DNA from: an uncultured cyanobacterium
Lineage (GTDB): Bacteria > Cyanobacteriota > Cyanobacteriia > Cyanobacteriales > CAWUOF01
Reading direction: 5' to 3'
Length of the DNA: 64,000 bases
NCBI GenBank assembly: GCA_963744145.1
Contig: CAVUSO010000001.1
Span: 1,678,831-1,742,830, forward strand
In this document: positions 39,824 through 50,100 of the stretch, one piece after another
Layout of the letters: every line of letters starts with the position of its first letter
How positions within the stretch are numbered: the first letter of the stretch is position 1
The notes under the pieces: generated by a model
What the model was told of the DNA's origin: nothing
Seen by the model: the letters and a program-made list of their open reading frames with translations, nothing else
Database searches by the model: none
Made by a program: the position numbers and the translations under genes

Positions 39824-41039
39824 TCAATTTTGTAAGCCTGGTAAAATAATATTAGAAGAAGATAGGTGCGAGTTTTTTGCCACCTGCCAAGCCAAAATAC
39901 TTGCTATCAACATGGCTATTGTAAAAATCCAAAATGACCAAGATGGACTTAACATTCCGAAGACAAACCCAGTCGCAATCGGGCCAGCAATTCTAGCTAA
40001 GGCAGAAACCGATTCGGCTAAACCCAATATTTTGCCCTGCTCTCTTGCTCCAGCAGCTTGAGAAATTAGACTGCTTAACAGAGGAAAGCAAAGAAAGTTG
40101 CCACTTCTATTCAAAGCTACTGCTCCCAATACCCAAGATATAGTCGTTGAAAAGGGTAGCAAAAATGCCCCAAAACCTGATAAGAGTAATCCCCAAAAAA
40201 GTAGATTGGCTTCACCAAAACGTTTGGTAAGTCGTTCGACAAATCCAGCTTGGACAACAACAGCTACTAAACCTGAAAACATATAAATATAACCAATTTG
40301 TTGAGCATCTAAGCTTAACTGTTGTTTACACCAAATCCCCAGGATGGCACTCGTTCCTACCAACACGAAAGTATTCAAAAACAACGATAATATGAGCCAG
40401 ACTATTAATGAACTCTGGAATATCTGTGCAAAACCTAAAAAGTTTAATGAGGAATGATTATTTTGGGTTTTGACTACCTGCTGCGCTGGTTTTGACTCAG
40501 GTAGAACCAGCAAAGCAATAATAAATCCCACTAGGGACATACTAGCAGCAAATAAAGGTGGGAGAATCAAATTTGGATTTTGGGGGTTAGAACCCACCAA
40601 TATACTGCTAATAGCCGGACCCAAACATAGTCCTACTCCAAAGGCAGTTCCAATGATAGCCATGCCCTTGGCTCGGTTTTCCTTGGTCGTAATATCAGAG
40701 ATATATACCCTGATCCAGAAGTAAAGTTCCCGCCATCACTCCTTCTAATGCTCGGCAAGCAAACAGTACCCATAGAGAACTTGCACAACTCAACCACGCA
40801 TAAGCAAAACTGCTACCGATTAGACTGAGCAATAGCATAGGACGACGACCAAAGCGCTCGCTCATCATTCCCCACAAAGGTGCGAAGATAAACTGCATTA
40901 AGGCATATATGCTAAACAGTAGTGTAACTACAGTAGGCGAGGCTTCAAACTTCGAGGCGTAAAATGGCACTAAGGGTATAATGATTCCGAAACCAATCGT
41001 ATCGATCAATGCACTTAAAAACAAGATCGAGTACATCAT
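39824..41039 (-). CDS. MFS transporter, split into two ORFs by a 1-nt frameshift in a (TA)n run at about 40698-40708
   Basis: ORF 40695-41039 has MFS motif ...GMMSERFGRRPMLLL...; alternate frame across the break reads YISDITTKENRAKGMAIIGTAFG, continuous with ORF 39824-40663. Confidence 0.7.
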
Positions 41040-41584
41040 TCTATGTTTATTCCTGAGTCAACAATTTCCAACTCTAGACAATCCTTTTCGATTAGCTTGT
41101 GAGTGAAATAATCTATATCACCTGTATCAGCAAGCTCTAAGTTATAGAAATCTACGAAATCATCATCGAAAAAAGGCCCAGCGTGCCAAACGCCCATTCC
41201 TATTTTAATAAAGCAATTACCAGGAATCCTAAAGGCAGTTAGTTTCTCTATTTCTGGTCGTTCTACCTCCGTTGGCGGAGCAACAACAATAAACCAGTCT
41301 TTTCCAATAGATCCTATACATTGATTGCATTCAAGGTGGCGCACTATTCTGTCAACATTTCGACCAGTTTTTTTCAAGCGCATACCCCAAAAAAAAGGAG
41401 TGCCATTTTCCAGGTTTAATACAACACCACCGCTTCGATCAGAAGGTCTGCCATTAAATGTACCCTGATCGTGAGCAGTGATTAATTCTCCAAAGGGTTG
41501 AAAGCTTTCTGATGTAATCCACTCAGCACGAACTTTTTTAGTTTGATAATCTGTAGTCATGGTAATTCTTTTGCCTCCAAGCAA
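41036..41584 (-). CDS. cupin-fold protein, ureidoglycolate lyase (AllA)-like
   Basis: FQPFGELITAHDQGTFNGRPSDR...VVLNL resembles ureidoglycolate hydrolase family N-terminus; assignment tentative. Confidence 0.45.
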   Translation of the reverse strand: MLGGKRITMTTDYQTKKVRAEWITSESFQPFGELITAHDQGTFNGRPSDRSGGVVLNLENGTPFFWGMRLKKTGRNVDRIVRHLECNQCIGSIGKDWFIVVAPPTEVERPEIEKLTAFRIPGNCFIKIGMGVWHAGPFFDDDFVDFYNLELADTGDIDYFTHKLIEKDCLELEIVDSGINIE

Positions 41585-41656
41585 ATTCAGAACTTAGTTT
41601 TATTTTCAAAATGAAGCTGATGTACTTCTAAACTATTCTCAACCATGATTCCTCCT

Positions 41657-43123
41657 TTAATTATCATTGATGTATACCAGAGCTTTTTCCCACACAACTT
41701 TGGCAACTTGGCGACCAAGTTTTAAGCCTTCGATATGATCGGATTGGAGATGAGATCCACCATATAATTGCGAAATTCCTGCGGCTTCTGCTATAGATGT
41801 GAAAGTAGGAAATGAAAGGGTTACATTAGTTTCAAATCCTGGTTCGGTTAAAGCACCAGCCTTCACGGTGAACGATTCCCCAAAGTAGTCACTCCCAGTA
41901 AAGAGTTTGAGAATTTCAGCACAAGCAGCACTTACTGCGCTATGCCCAGCAACATAGCCCGGAAATGGTGGTGTGGTGAAACTATACGGTGAATAAGGAT
42001 GCCATTGATTCCCCAACATTGTTATGGTTCCTTTCCCAGGACCACCCCACGCACGAACAGACTTTCGATCAAAATAATAATGGATCAGCGTCCAGGGCCG
42101 GGACCGATCATAGTAGCGTTTTGCGTCCCACGTCGCAATAAAGGCATCCATGACTGTGTTAGACAAAACGAAAAATAGCTTAATATCTTGATCTAGAGTG
42201 TGTTTATTTCGTCGAGCAATACTTTGCCCAAAACCTAACCAGAGCCCAGCTAGCCCAGCTTGCTGGTCCGAACCTGGTGCATCACGCATGAACTCAACTA
42301 GAGCTTTTTGTTCAGCAGTTAAGTTCGCACTCATTTCCAAAACTTGTTGAGCTTGCTGATCCAGTTGTTCGGAACCGACACTGGGTGGTGCAGGCGGTAG
42401 AAACTGATCGGGCCGCAACAGCGCAAAAGGCTTGACTCGATACCAATGAGGAGTCAAAAATTTTGGTGTCAGTGTTTCACCTTTGGAATCTACCAAAGAA
42501 ATGGGCTGCCAATGGTTTGGATCTACGATTTTATCTACGGTATTGATTGGTTGATAAAAAGTGTAATCTGAGTAGGGCAATCCATTGGAGCCAAATTCAT
42601 CCCCTAGTTGATTTGCACCATCATGATGTCGGTACTCAAGAATTGCTGCTGCAACAGTGTTTCCAATTCCTTGCGGAGTTGTTTTGTCCGTTGAATAGTC
42701 ATCTGCATTGAATCCGAATTTCCGCATTTGAGATGCAAGATAAGCAGATTCTTCTGGATACATATCAACTAAAGTACGATAAGCAGCAAAGCTAATTGCT
42801 TTGGTTTGGTAAGTTAAACTCCTTTCTGATGCAGGACGACGCAATGTTCCTCCCAGACTATTTCCAATAGCTTTTTCGTCATAAGCAGCCCAAGCATCGA
42901 ACATTACCGTTCCTAAAATAGCTAACGCCCGAGAGGTAACTGTTGGTCTAGTTCGATGACGAGCTACATCATGGGATATTGTTTTAAAAGCGACATCCCA
43001 CCACTGAAAAGCAATGCTTGGTTTCCAGCTTGAAGCACTTTTTGGTATTTGAGCATCTGCTGGCGCCAAAGACAAAAATAGCAATAGTAGGGTAATTATG
43101 AATGGCGTTAAACATTTTAACAT
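41657..43123 (-). CDS. secreted vanadium-dependent haloperoxidase (PAP2 superfamily)
   Basis: Signal peptide; vanadate-site motifs DAFIATWDAKRYYDRSRPW, PGYVAGHSAVSAA, SQLYGGSHLQSD. Confidence 0.75.
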   Translation of the reverse strand: MLKCLTPFIITLLLLFLSLAPADAQIPKSASSWKPSIAFQWWDVAFKTISHDVARHRTRPTVTSRALAILGTVMFDAWAAYDEKAIGNSLGGTLRRPASERSLTYQTKAISFAAYRTLVDMYPEESAYLASQMRKFGFNADDYSTDKTTPQGIGNTVAAAILEYRHHDGANQLGDEFGSNGLPYSDYTFYQPINTVDKIVDPNHWQPISLVDSKGETLTPKFLTPHWYRVKPFALLRPDQFLPPAPPSVGSEQLDQQAQQVLEMSANLTAEQKALVEFMRDAPGSDQQAGLAGLWLGFGQSIARRNKHTLDQDIKLFFVLSNTVMDAFIATWDAKRYYDRSRPWTLIHYYFDRKSVRAWGGPGKGTITMLGNQWHPYSPYSFTTPPFPGYVAGHSAVSAACAEILKLFTGSDYFGESFTVKAGALTEPGFETNVTLSFPTFTSIAEAAGISQLYGGSHLQSDHIEGLKLGRQVAKVVWEKALVYINDN

Positions 43124-44298
43124 GATGTTTTGTCAAGAACTCTTTTCACTAACTCCTGGTCAACCGTCACCAAAAAATCTCCTTCAGGGTTATAACATTT
43201 GCCAACTTTCTCCAATAACACAAAGCGGAGAGCTTCCCCTGTTTTTTTATTATCTGTAATCATCGCAGCCATGAGCTTTTCTGTGGTGATTCCAGCCGGA
43301 AACGGATTGTTAAAACCAAGCTTTTTTTCAATTACATAGTAATGTCGTTCCACATCTTCTTGTGAGATTAATCCAAGCTCTTTAGAAAGCTCGGCAGCAA
43401 TTTTCATTCCAAATGAAACTGCTTCTCCGTGAGAAACTTTACCCTGTTCGAGCCATTCAATTCCATGACCAAAGGTATGACCGTACTCAAGAATAATTCC
43501 ATAGTGTTTCTCGCTGGGATCTTGCTTGATAATTTTTAATTTTGAGATGATGATATTATAGACTAGTTTGGATAATTCTTCGTCGGTAAACTTAACATCA
43601 GGATTGAGAACTTCTTCTAAATATTCCAAAAATTTTGCATCAGAAATAAAGCCATTTTTGATTCCTTCAATTATGCCACTTCGCTTAGAAAAAGCTGGTT
43701 CTGTTCTCAAATATTGCGTATCTACCCAAATAAACATAGGTGCGTGATAGAGTCCAAAATGATTTTTTCCGGTTTTACCATTAATAGCCTGTTTATTACT
43801 TAGCGTACTGTCAGTTTGACCAGTCATAGTTGTGGGAATTTCGATAAACCTGATACCTCTATAAATTAACCCAGCAGCTAGACCAACAACATTTCCAACT
43901 GTCCCCCCACCAAAAGATATCAAAATAGATTTTTTGGAAACACCTTTTTCAATTAAGTTTTCACAAGTTTTTTCCAGTACTGGAAAATATTTACATCTTT
44001 CGCCAGGAGGAACAAATTCTAAGAAACAAGTGAAGTTTTCGCGAAGCTTTTCATATAGAGACTTTCCGTATAAATCAAATAAATGTGGTTCAGTAAAGAA
44101 GAATATTTTATCAAAAGTATACTTCTCTAACTCAGACAGAAAACCATGCTCTATGTCATAGCCGAAATAAAAAGGACTCGGGTTTGCTAGCTCTGTACTT
44201 AATTCCATTACTTTTCCTCGTTCAATTTTAAAAGATTGCCAATAATCAACTCTTAAATTTTGCCCTAAAATATTGTGACCCTGATCTGCTATTTTCAT
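43117..44298 (-). CDS. 3-dehydroquinate-synthase-like sugar-phosphate cyclase (DHQS / EEVS / DDGS superfamily)
   Basis: SFGGGTVGNVVGLAAGLIYRGIRFIEIPTTMTGQTDS, NGKTGKNHFG, YGHTFGHGIE metal-binding motif; 7-bp overlap with haloperoxidase gene; AT-rich. Confidence 0.8.
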   Translation of the reverse strand: MKIADQGHNILGQNLRVDYWQSFKIERGKVMELSTELANPSPFYFGYDIEHGFLSELEKYTFDKIFFFTEPHLFDLYGKSLYEKLRENFTCFLEFVPPGERCKYFPVLEKTCENLIEKGVSKKSILISFGGGTVGNVVGLAAGLIYRGIRFIEIPTTMTGQTDSTLSNKQAINGKTGKNHFGLYHAPMFIWVDTQYLRTEPAFSKRSGIIEGIKNGFISDAKFLEYLEEVLNPDVKFTDEELSKLVYNIIISKLKIIKQDPSEKHYGIILEYGHTFGHGIEWLEQGKVSHGEAVSFGMKIAAELSKELGLISQEDVERHYYVIEKKLGFNNPFPAGITTEKLMAAMITDNKKTGEALRFVLLEKVGKCYNPEGDFLVTVDQELVKRVLDKTSC

Positions 44299-44417
44299 TT
44301 GCCACCATCGCTTTTTTTATTAAAATTAACGTTTTTTGTACATATTTTGAGCGCTATTGGCAAACGTAGCCCGAACTGACCGCCTTTTCAGACGAGCGGC
44401 CCAGTAGTTCGCGGATG

Positions 44418-44554
44418 CGGGCTCTCCCGTACTTGTGGTGGAAAATCCCGTTTTTCGGCAGGGGAAGAGGGGCAGAGAGCAGGGGGAAAGCTTATGTAGT
44501 AAGCGTTTGGAAATTCAATAATTTTTACTGATCACCACAAGTACGGGAGAGCCG
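44418..44554. repeat. long-range inverted repeat: 23-bp arms CGGGCTCTCCCGTACTTGTGGTG / CACCACAAGTACGGGAGAGCCG separated by about 90 bp G-rich spacer
   Basis: Perfect arms read directly; lies between stop of 44561-45736 gene and start of DHQS-like gene. Confidence 0.5.
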
Positions 44555-44560
44555 TCAATT

Positions 44561-45736
44561 TTAGCTCGAACTAATCGAATCATGACCGAGGAGTTCGACG
44601 ATCGCTTGTCGTTCAGCCGCAGTTTGAGTGGGCATATCGGAACGAGCATCGGTGATCAGCCAATCGAGGGACGCAGCTTGAACATCGATCGAAGCACCAG
44701 TTTTATCAACACAGTAACGACCAAATACTAATTTATCGACCAAACGCACACCTGGTCCTAAACGGGAATATTCAAAAATCACACTATTATCAACCATCGC
44801 TTCACTACAAATGCGACAATTCGGACCAATCATCGTTGGACCAATAATTTTAGCGCCATTTTCAATCCGACTCATCCCACCAATATAGACCGGTCCTTTG
44901 ATGTCCACTTTGTCCCATTCGATCGCCACATTCAACCCGGTATAGATACCAGGAAAAATTTCGCGACCAGGGATCGCCACATTTTTAATTTCTCCGAGTA
45001 ACACACCACGGATCGCTCGCCAATAGTCAGGAACTTTCCCAATATCTACCCATTGGAAATCCATTTTAATCCCGTAAAAGGGAGCATTCATTTCTACTAA
45101 TTTCGGGAAAAGTTGACTACCAATGTCATATTCACAGCCAGAGGGAATATATTCTAAAACTTCTGGCTCAAAAATATAAATCCCTGTATTAATGTTGGTA
45201 CTAAGGGCTTTTTCGATCGGCGGTTTTTCTTGAAAGGCTTTAATTTTGCCAGTTTCGTCAGTTACGACTACTCCATAGCTAGAAACTTCTTCGCGGGGCA
45301 CCGATTTCATCACGATCGTCGCGATCGCTTTCTTTTCTTTATGTAGCTTTACGGCGGCAGCTAAATCTAAATCAATCAGAGCATCTCCACATAAAACCAC
45401 AAAAGTATCATCAAAAAACGGATAAAAGTCCTGGATGCGACGCATTCCTCCTGCTGACCCTAATGCTTCCCCTAACAATTGCCCTTCTACAATCCGACCT
45501 TCAAAGGAATAAGCAATTTCTACACCAAAACGTTGACCATCTCGAAAATAATTCTCAATCTCATTGGCCAGGTGACTGACATTGACCATGATTTGGTCAA
45601 ACCCGTGCTGGCGCAGTAATTCCACTAAAAACTCCATGACTGGCTTTTGCAGAATCGGAATCATTGGCTTGGGAGTAGTGAAGGTAATGGGGCGAACACG
45701 AGTACCCTTACCTGCTGCCAGAATCATGGCTTTCAT
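44561..45736 (-). CDS. NDP-sugar pyrophosphorylase (mannose-1-phosphate guanylyltransferase-like) with C-terminal LbH domain
   Basis: MKAMILAAGKGTRVRPIT nucleotidyltransferase signature; C-terminal hexapeptide repeats. Confidence 0.8.
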   Translation of the reverse strand: MKAMILAAGKGTRVRPITFTTPKPMIPILQKPVMEFLVELLRQHGFDQIMVNVSHLANEIENYFRDGQRFGVEIAYSFEGRIVEGQLLGEALGSAGGMRRIQDFYPFFDDTFVVLCGDALIDLDLAAAVKLHKEKKAIATIVMKSVPREEVSSYGVVVTDETGKIKAFQEKPPIEKALSTNINTGIYIFEPEVLEYIPSGCEYDIGSQLFPKLVEMNAPFYGIKMDFQWVDIGKVPDYWRAIRGVLLGEIKNVAIPGREIFPGIYTGLNVAIEWDKVDIKGPVYIGGMSRIENGAKIIGPTMIGPNCRICSEAMVDNSVIFEYSRLGPGVRLVDKLVFGRYCVDKTGASIDVQAASLDWLITDARSDMPTQTAAERQAIVELLGHDSISSS

Positions 45737-45874
45737 AAATCTTTATTCCTCAACCTCGGCCCTGGGATTTTGGCCACTTTGTTATTTTAGAGCTAATATC
45801 ATCAAATCAGCACGAAAATTATTGTCTGATGTGATAGTTTGACAGAAATAACTGCTAATGCACTAACCTAGCAG

Positions 45875-46717
45875 TTATTTTTTCAAATTATGTTGATGTA
45901 AATTTGCAGATTTAGATTTTAACTCAGATCGGTCTGCGGTTTTTGGTAATTCTGACAAAGGTCTAATTTTTAGATCAGAGTAGAACTCAGTTTGAACCAA
46001 TTCGACTTTTGACTGAGCTGACAGCAGTAACAAAGCCCAAAAAACCCCCACCCGATCGCTATGTTTAGGTTCTAAGTCTACTGTAGTCTGAGGACGATGG
46101 GTTTTCCAGAACAATAATAACTGTTCTAAATCCAGCCAATCTGTTTCCGGTGCTAAATCGGGCCATTTTTCTCGCAAAAACTGTTCTAATTCACCAGCAG
46201 TTTCTGATAAATTTTCCTGGTGAGCTAATTCAGTAATATCGCGAGCCGCTTGAGCGCCACTTTGAGGACGGGGGCGTCGATGGGTCGGACGCTGGGGCTT
46301 ATCTTGCAAATCCTGAGCTAACTGCTGCAATTGAGCAATCAACTCCGTCAGACTAACAGGTCTTTTTTGTTTCGGTTGAGCAACAGCACAACGTCGTAGT
46401 TGACGCTCTAAATGTAATGGTAACTGGGTGGTAGGGTCGGTTTCTAGGGTAAGAATTTCTGGACTCGACTCCGTTTCGGCTTCATCTTCGCTCGCTGCTA
46501 AACTCTCGGCTTTGAGTAACACTAACATTGACGCATACAAAAAAGCTTGTCCCGATTCAGATAAATCGGCTTCATAGGAGCTAGTTTCGTTAAATGGTGC
46601 TAATTCGTTTAAACATCGATCAATTACGGCAATTACCTGGACATCCCAGGGGTCAATCTCCCCCCGCTCTGTCATTTCGATCAGTAAGGCGATCGCTTCC
46701 TGGGCTGGAGAAACCAT
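45875..46717 (-). CDS. scpA: segregation and condensation protein A (kleisin)
   Basis: N-terminal EAIALLIEMTERGEIDPWDVQVIAVIDRCL typical ScpA; acidic middle; C-terminal winged helix. Confidence 0.65.
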   Translation of the reverse strand: MVSPAQEAIALLIEMTERGEIDPWDVQVIAVIDRCLNELAPFNETSSYEADLSESGQAFLYASMLVLLKAESLAASEDEAETESSPEILTLETDPTTQLPLHLERQLRRCAVAQPKQKRPVSLTELIAQLQQLAQDLQDKPQRPTHRRPRPQSGAQAARDITELAHQENLSETAGELEQFLREKWPDLAPETDWLDLEQLLLFWKTHRPQTTVDLEPKHSDRVGVFWALLLLSAQSKVELVQTEFYSDLKIRPLSELPKTADRSELKSKSANLHQHNLKK

Positions 46718-47119
46718 TAACTTAACTCCGGGTGATTATTTATCATGTTTTGTTAACTCTGGAGTTTTATTTGCATGATCTTTAGTGTTAAATTTTATAA
46801 CCAGGGCAGGAGTAAGTCCAACTGCTCACGGAGATTGAGGATTGCCGAAAATAGTGTGGCACTAGCAGGGAGAGCTAACTAATGTTAAAAATAGGTTATC
46901 CCTCTAGACTAACCAATATTAGTTCTACTATAGTTCTAATAACTTTTCTGGCTAATCTTTTCAAGTAAATCTAGCTACATCAGGAGGGGCTAGTAATTAA
47001 ATCAGCACATATATCTAGTTGCTAGTATTGTCGCTTGCTGGTATTCTCGGTATAGCAACTCCCATGAGCTAATCACCAAGTTAGCGTTAAAATTTTAATA
47101 ACTGATTGTCGTCAAAGTA

Positions 47120-50100
47120 ATGAATATGATTAACATTCCTGGTATAGCTGTTCTCGCTCTCATATATGAAAGCGCTAACTCATTGGTTTATAGAGGGAGA
47201 AGAGAGGAAGATGATCAGCCACTAATTCTCAAACTATTAAAAGAAGATTATCCTAGCCCAGCCGCGCTGACTAGATATAAACAAGAATATGAAATTACTT
47301 GTTCTTTAAATCTGACTGGTGTAGTGAGAGCTTATGATTTATATAAATATCAAAATTCGTTAGTAATGGTTTTAGAGGATTTTGGAGGAGAATCCTTAAG
47401 GATTTTGATGAATTCCCAAAGATTTACCCTGTTAGGTATCCTAACGCTCGCGATTAAAATAGCTGAAAGTTTGGGAGAAATTCATGCAGCTAATATTATT
47501 CACAAAGATATTAATCCTTCTAACATAGTGTTTAATCCAGCCACTGGACAACTGAAACTAATTGATTTTAGTATTTCTACCGTATTAAGTCGCGAAAATC
47601 CTACCTTAAAAAATCCTGCTGTTTTGGAAGGTACTTTTGCTTATATGTCTCCAGAACAAACTGGAAGAATGAATCGAGCTTTAGATTATCGGACTGATTT
47701 TTATTCTCTCGGTGTGACTTTCTACGAACTTCTGACCCAGAAAGTACCTTTTCCAAGTACCGATCCAATGGAATTAGTCCATAGTCATATTGCTAAACAA
47801 CCCATTCCACCCCATGAGGTTAATCTAGAAATTCCGAAAACTCTGTCTGATATCGTGATGAAGTTATTAGCAAAGACAGCTGAGGAAAGATATCAAAGTG
47901 CTTATGGATTAAAAGCAGATTTAGAAAAATGTTTGACCCAATTACAGACAATTGGCTATATTGAAGATTTTCCGATCGGTAGTCAAGATATTTCTGACAA
48001 ATTTCAAATTCCCCAAAAACTCTATGGTCGAGAAAAAGAAGTAGAAAACTTGATGTCAGCTTTTGAAAGGGTCAGTCGTGGTTTAACCGAAATGATGTTG
48101 GTTAAAGGTTATTCCGGGATTGGTAAATCAGCTTTAGTTCAAGAAATTTATAAACCGATTACTAGAAATCGCGGCTATTTTATTGCTGGGAAATTTGATC
48201 AATTTCAACGGACTATTCCCTATTCAGCAGTAGTGATTGCTTTTTCAGAATTAGTCAGGCTATTGTTAACTGAAAGTGAAGCTCAGTTAACTAAGTGGAA
48301 AAAAAAGATTCTCCATGCAGTTGGACCAAATGGTCAAATTATTATTGATGTCATTCCCGAAGTAGAATTGATTATCGGTCCTCAACCCCCAGTTCAAGAA
48401 TTAAAACCAGCAGAATCCCAAAATCGCTTTAATCTAGTTTTTCAAAATTTTATTAAAGTCTTTTGTTCGCGAGAACATCCCTTAGTGATATTTCTTGATG
48501 ATTTACAGTGGGCTGACTCAGCTACCCTGAAATTGATCGAGCTAATGATGACAGATGACCAAATTCATTATCTATTTTTAATTGGTGCTTATCGTGATAA
48601 TGAAGTGAATCTAACTCATCCATTAATGATCATGCTGGATGGGTTAGAAAAAGAAAGAGTAGTGATTAATGAAATTGCCCTAGCACCATTAGATTTGGAA
48701 CAGGTAAATAAATTAATTAGTGAAACTTTACATAGTGAAGCGATCGCAGTTAAACCATTAGCGGAATTGGTAATCAATAAAACCGATGGTAATCCCTTTT
48801 TCGTTAATGAATTTCTGAAGACTCTCTACCAAGAAAATCTCATTACCTTCGTCCCTCCATCATCTGGTCAACAAGCAGGATGGCACTGGGATATAGCTCA
48901 TATTCATAGAATGGATATCACCAATAATGTGGTAGAGCTAATGATCGGTAAATTGAAAAAGCTCCCAGAAGGAACGCAACAGGTTTTACGTTTAGTAGCT
49001 TGTTTGGGGAACCAATTCGATCTCAATAACCTCTGTCTCATTTATGAAAAACAAGCATCAGAAACTTTCCAAGACCTTTGGCCCGCTATTCAAGAGGGAT
49101 TAATTTTACCAGTTTCAGAATTAGAAGCAGTCGAGATAGAATTAATTAGTCTACCTTTACTAATTCTCAATTATAAATTCCTGCACGATCGAGTACAACA
49201 GGCAGCTTATGCTTTAATTGATGATGCAGATAAAAAGAAAGTTCATCTAAAAATTGGCCGACTTTTATTAGCTAGTACCCCAGTAGAATATCGGTCAGAA
49301 AGAATATTTGAACTGGTTGATCACTTAAATGTAGGGATATCCTTACTGACCGATGAAGAAGAAAAATTAGAATTAGCTAGATTAAACTTAGAAGCTGGCA
49401 AAAAAGCGAAAAAAGCCACTGCTTATGTAGCAGCTCAACAATATCTAGCAGTAGGGATGGAGGTAGTAACAGAAGAGACTTGGAGCGAAGATTATGATTT
49501 AGCTTTCGATTTATATAAAGAACAAGCAGATACCGAGTATTTAAACGGTAACTTTGAGAAATCACAAGAATTAATTAATATTACTTTAAGCCGCGCCAAA
49601 ACCAAATTAGAAAAAGCTGAACTTTATAAACAATTAGTTGTTCAGCATACCATGAAAGCCGAATATGAAAGCGCAATAAACGCAGGGAAACAAGCCCTTA
49701 ATATCTTAGGAATTGACTTACCAGATACTGACTTTCAAACTGTTTTTGCATCTGAAGTTGCCCAAGCAAAAGCACTTTTGGGAGATCAAGAAATTGCCAG
49801 TTTGATCGATAAACCAGAAATTACATCAACCGAGAAAAGATTTGCCTTAATTTTGTTAAATAATTTAGCATCACCTATTTATATGTATAAACCAGAGCTG
49901 TGGAGTGTTGATTTAACCAAAGCTCTCAATGTAACTTTAGAGTATGGATTATGCCCAGAAGCAGCTCTGACTTATGCTAATTATGGGATGATTTTATCAG
50001 CATTTTTTAAAGACTATAAAAATGCTTATGAATTTGGCTTACTCGGATATAAATTATCTCAAAGATCGGATAATTTGGAAATAAAAAATAAAGTTTATAC

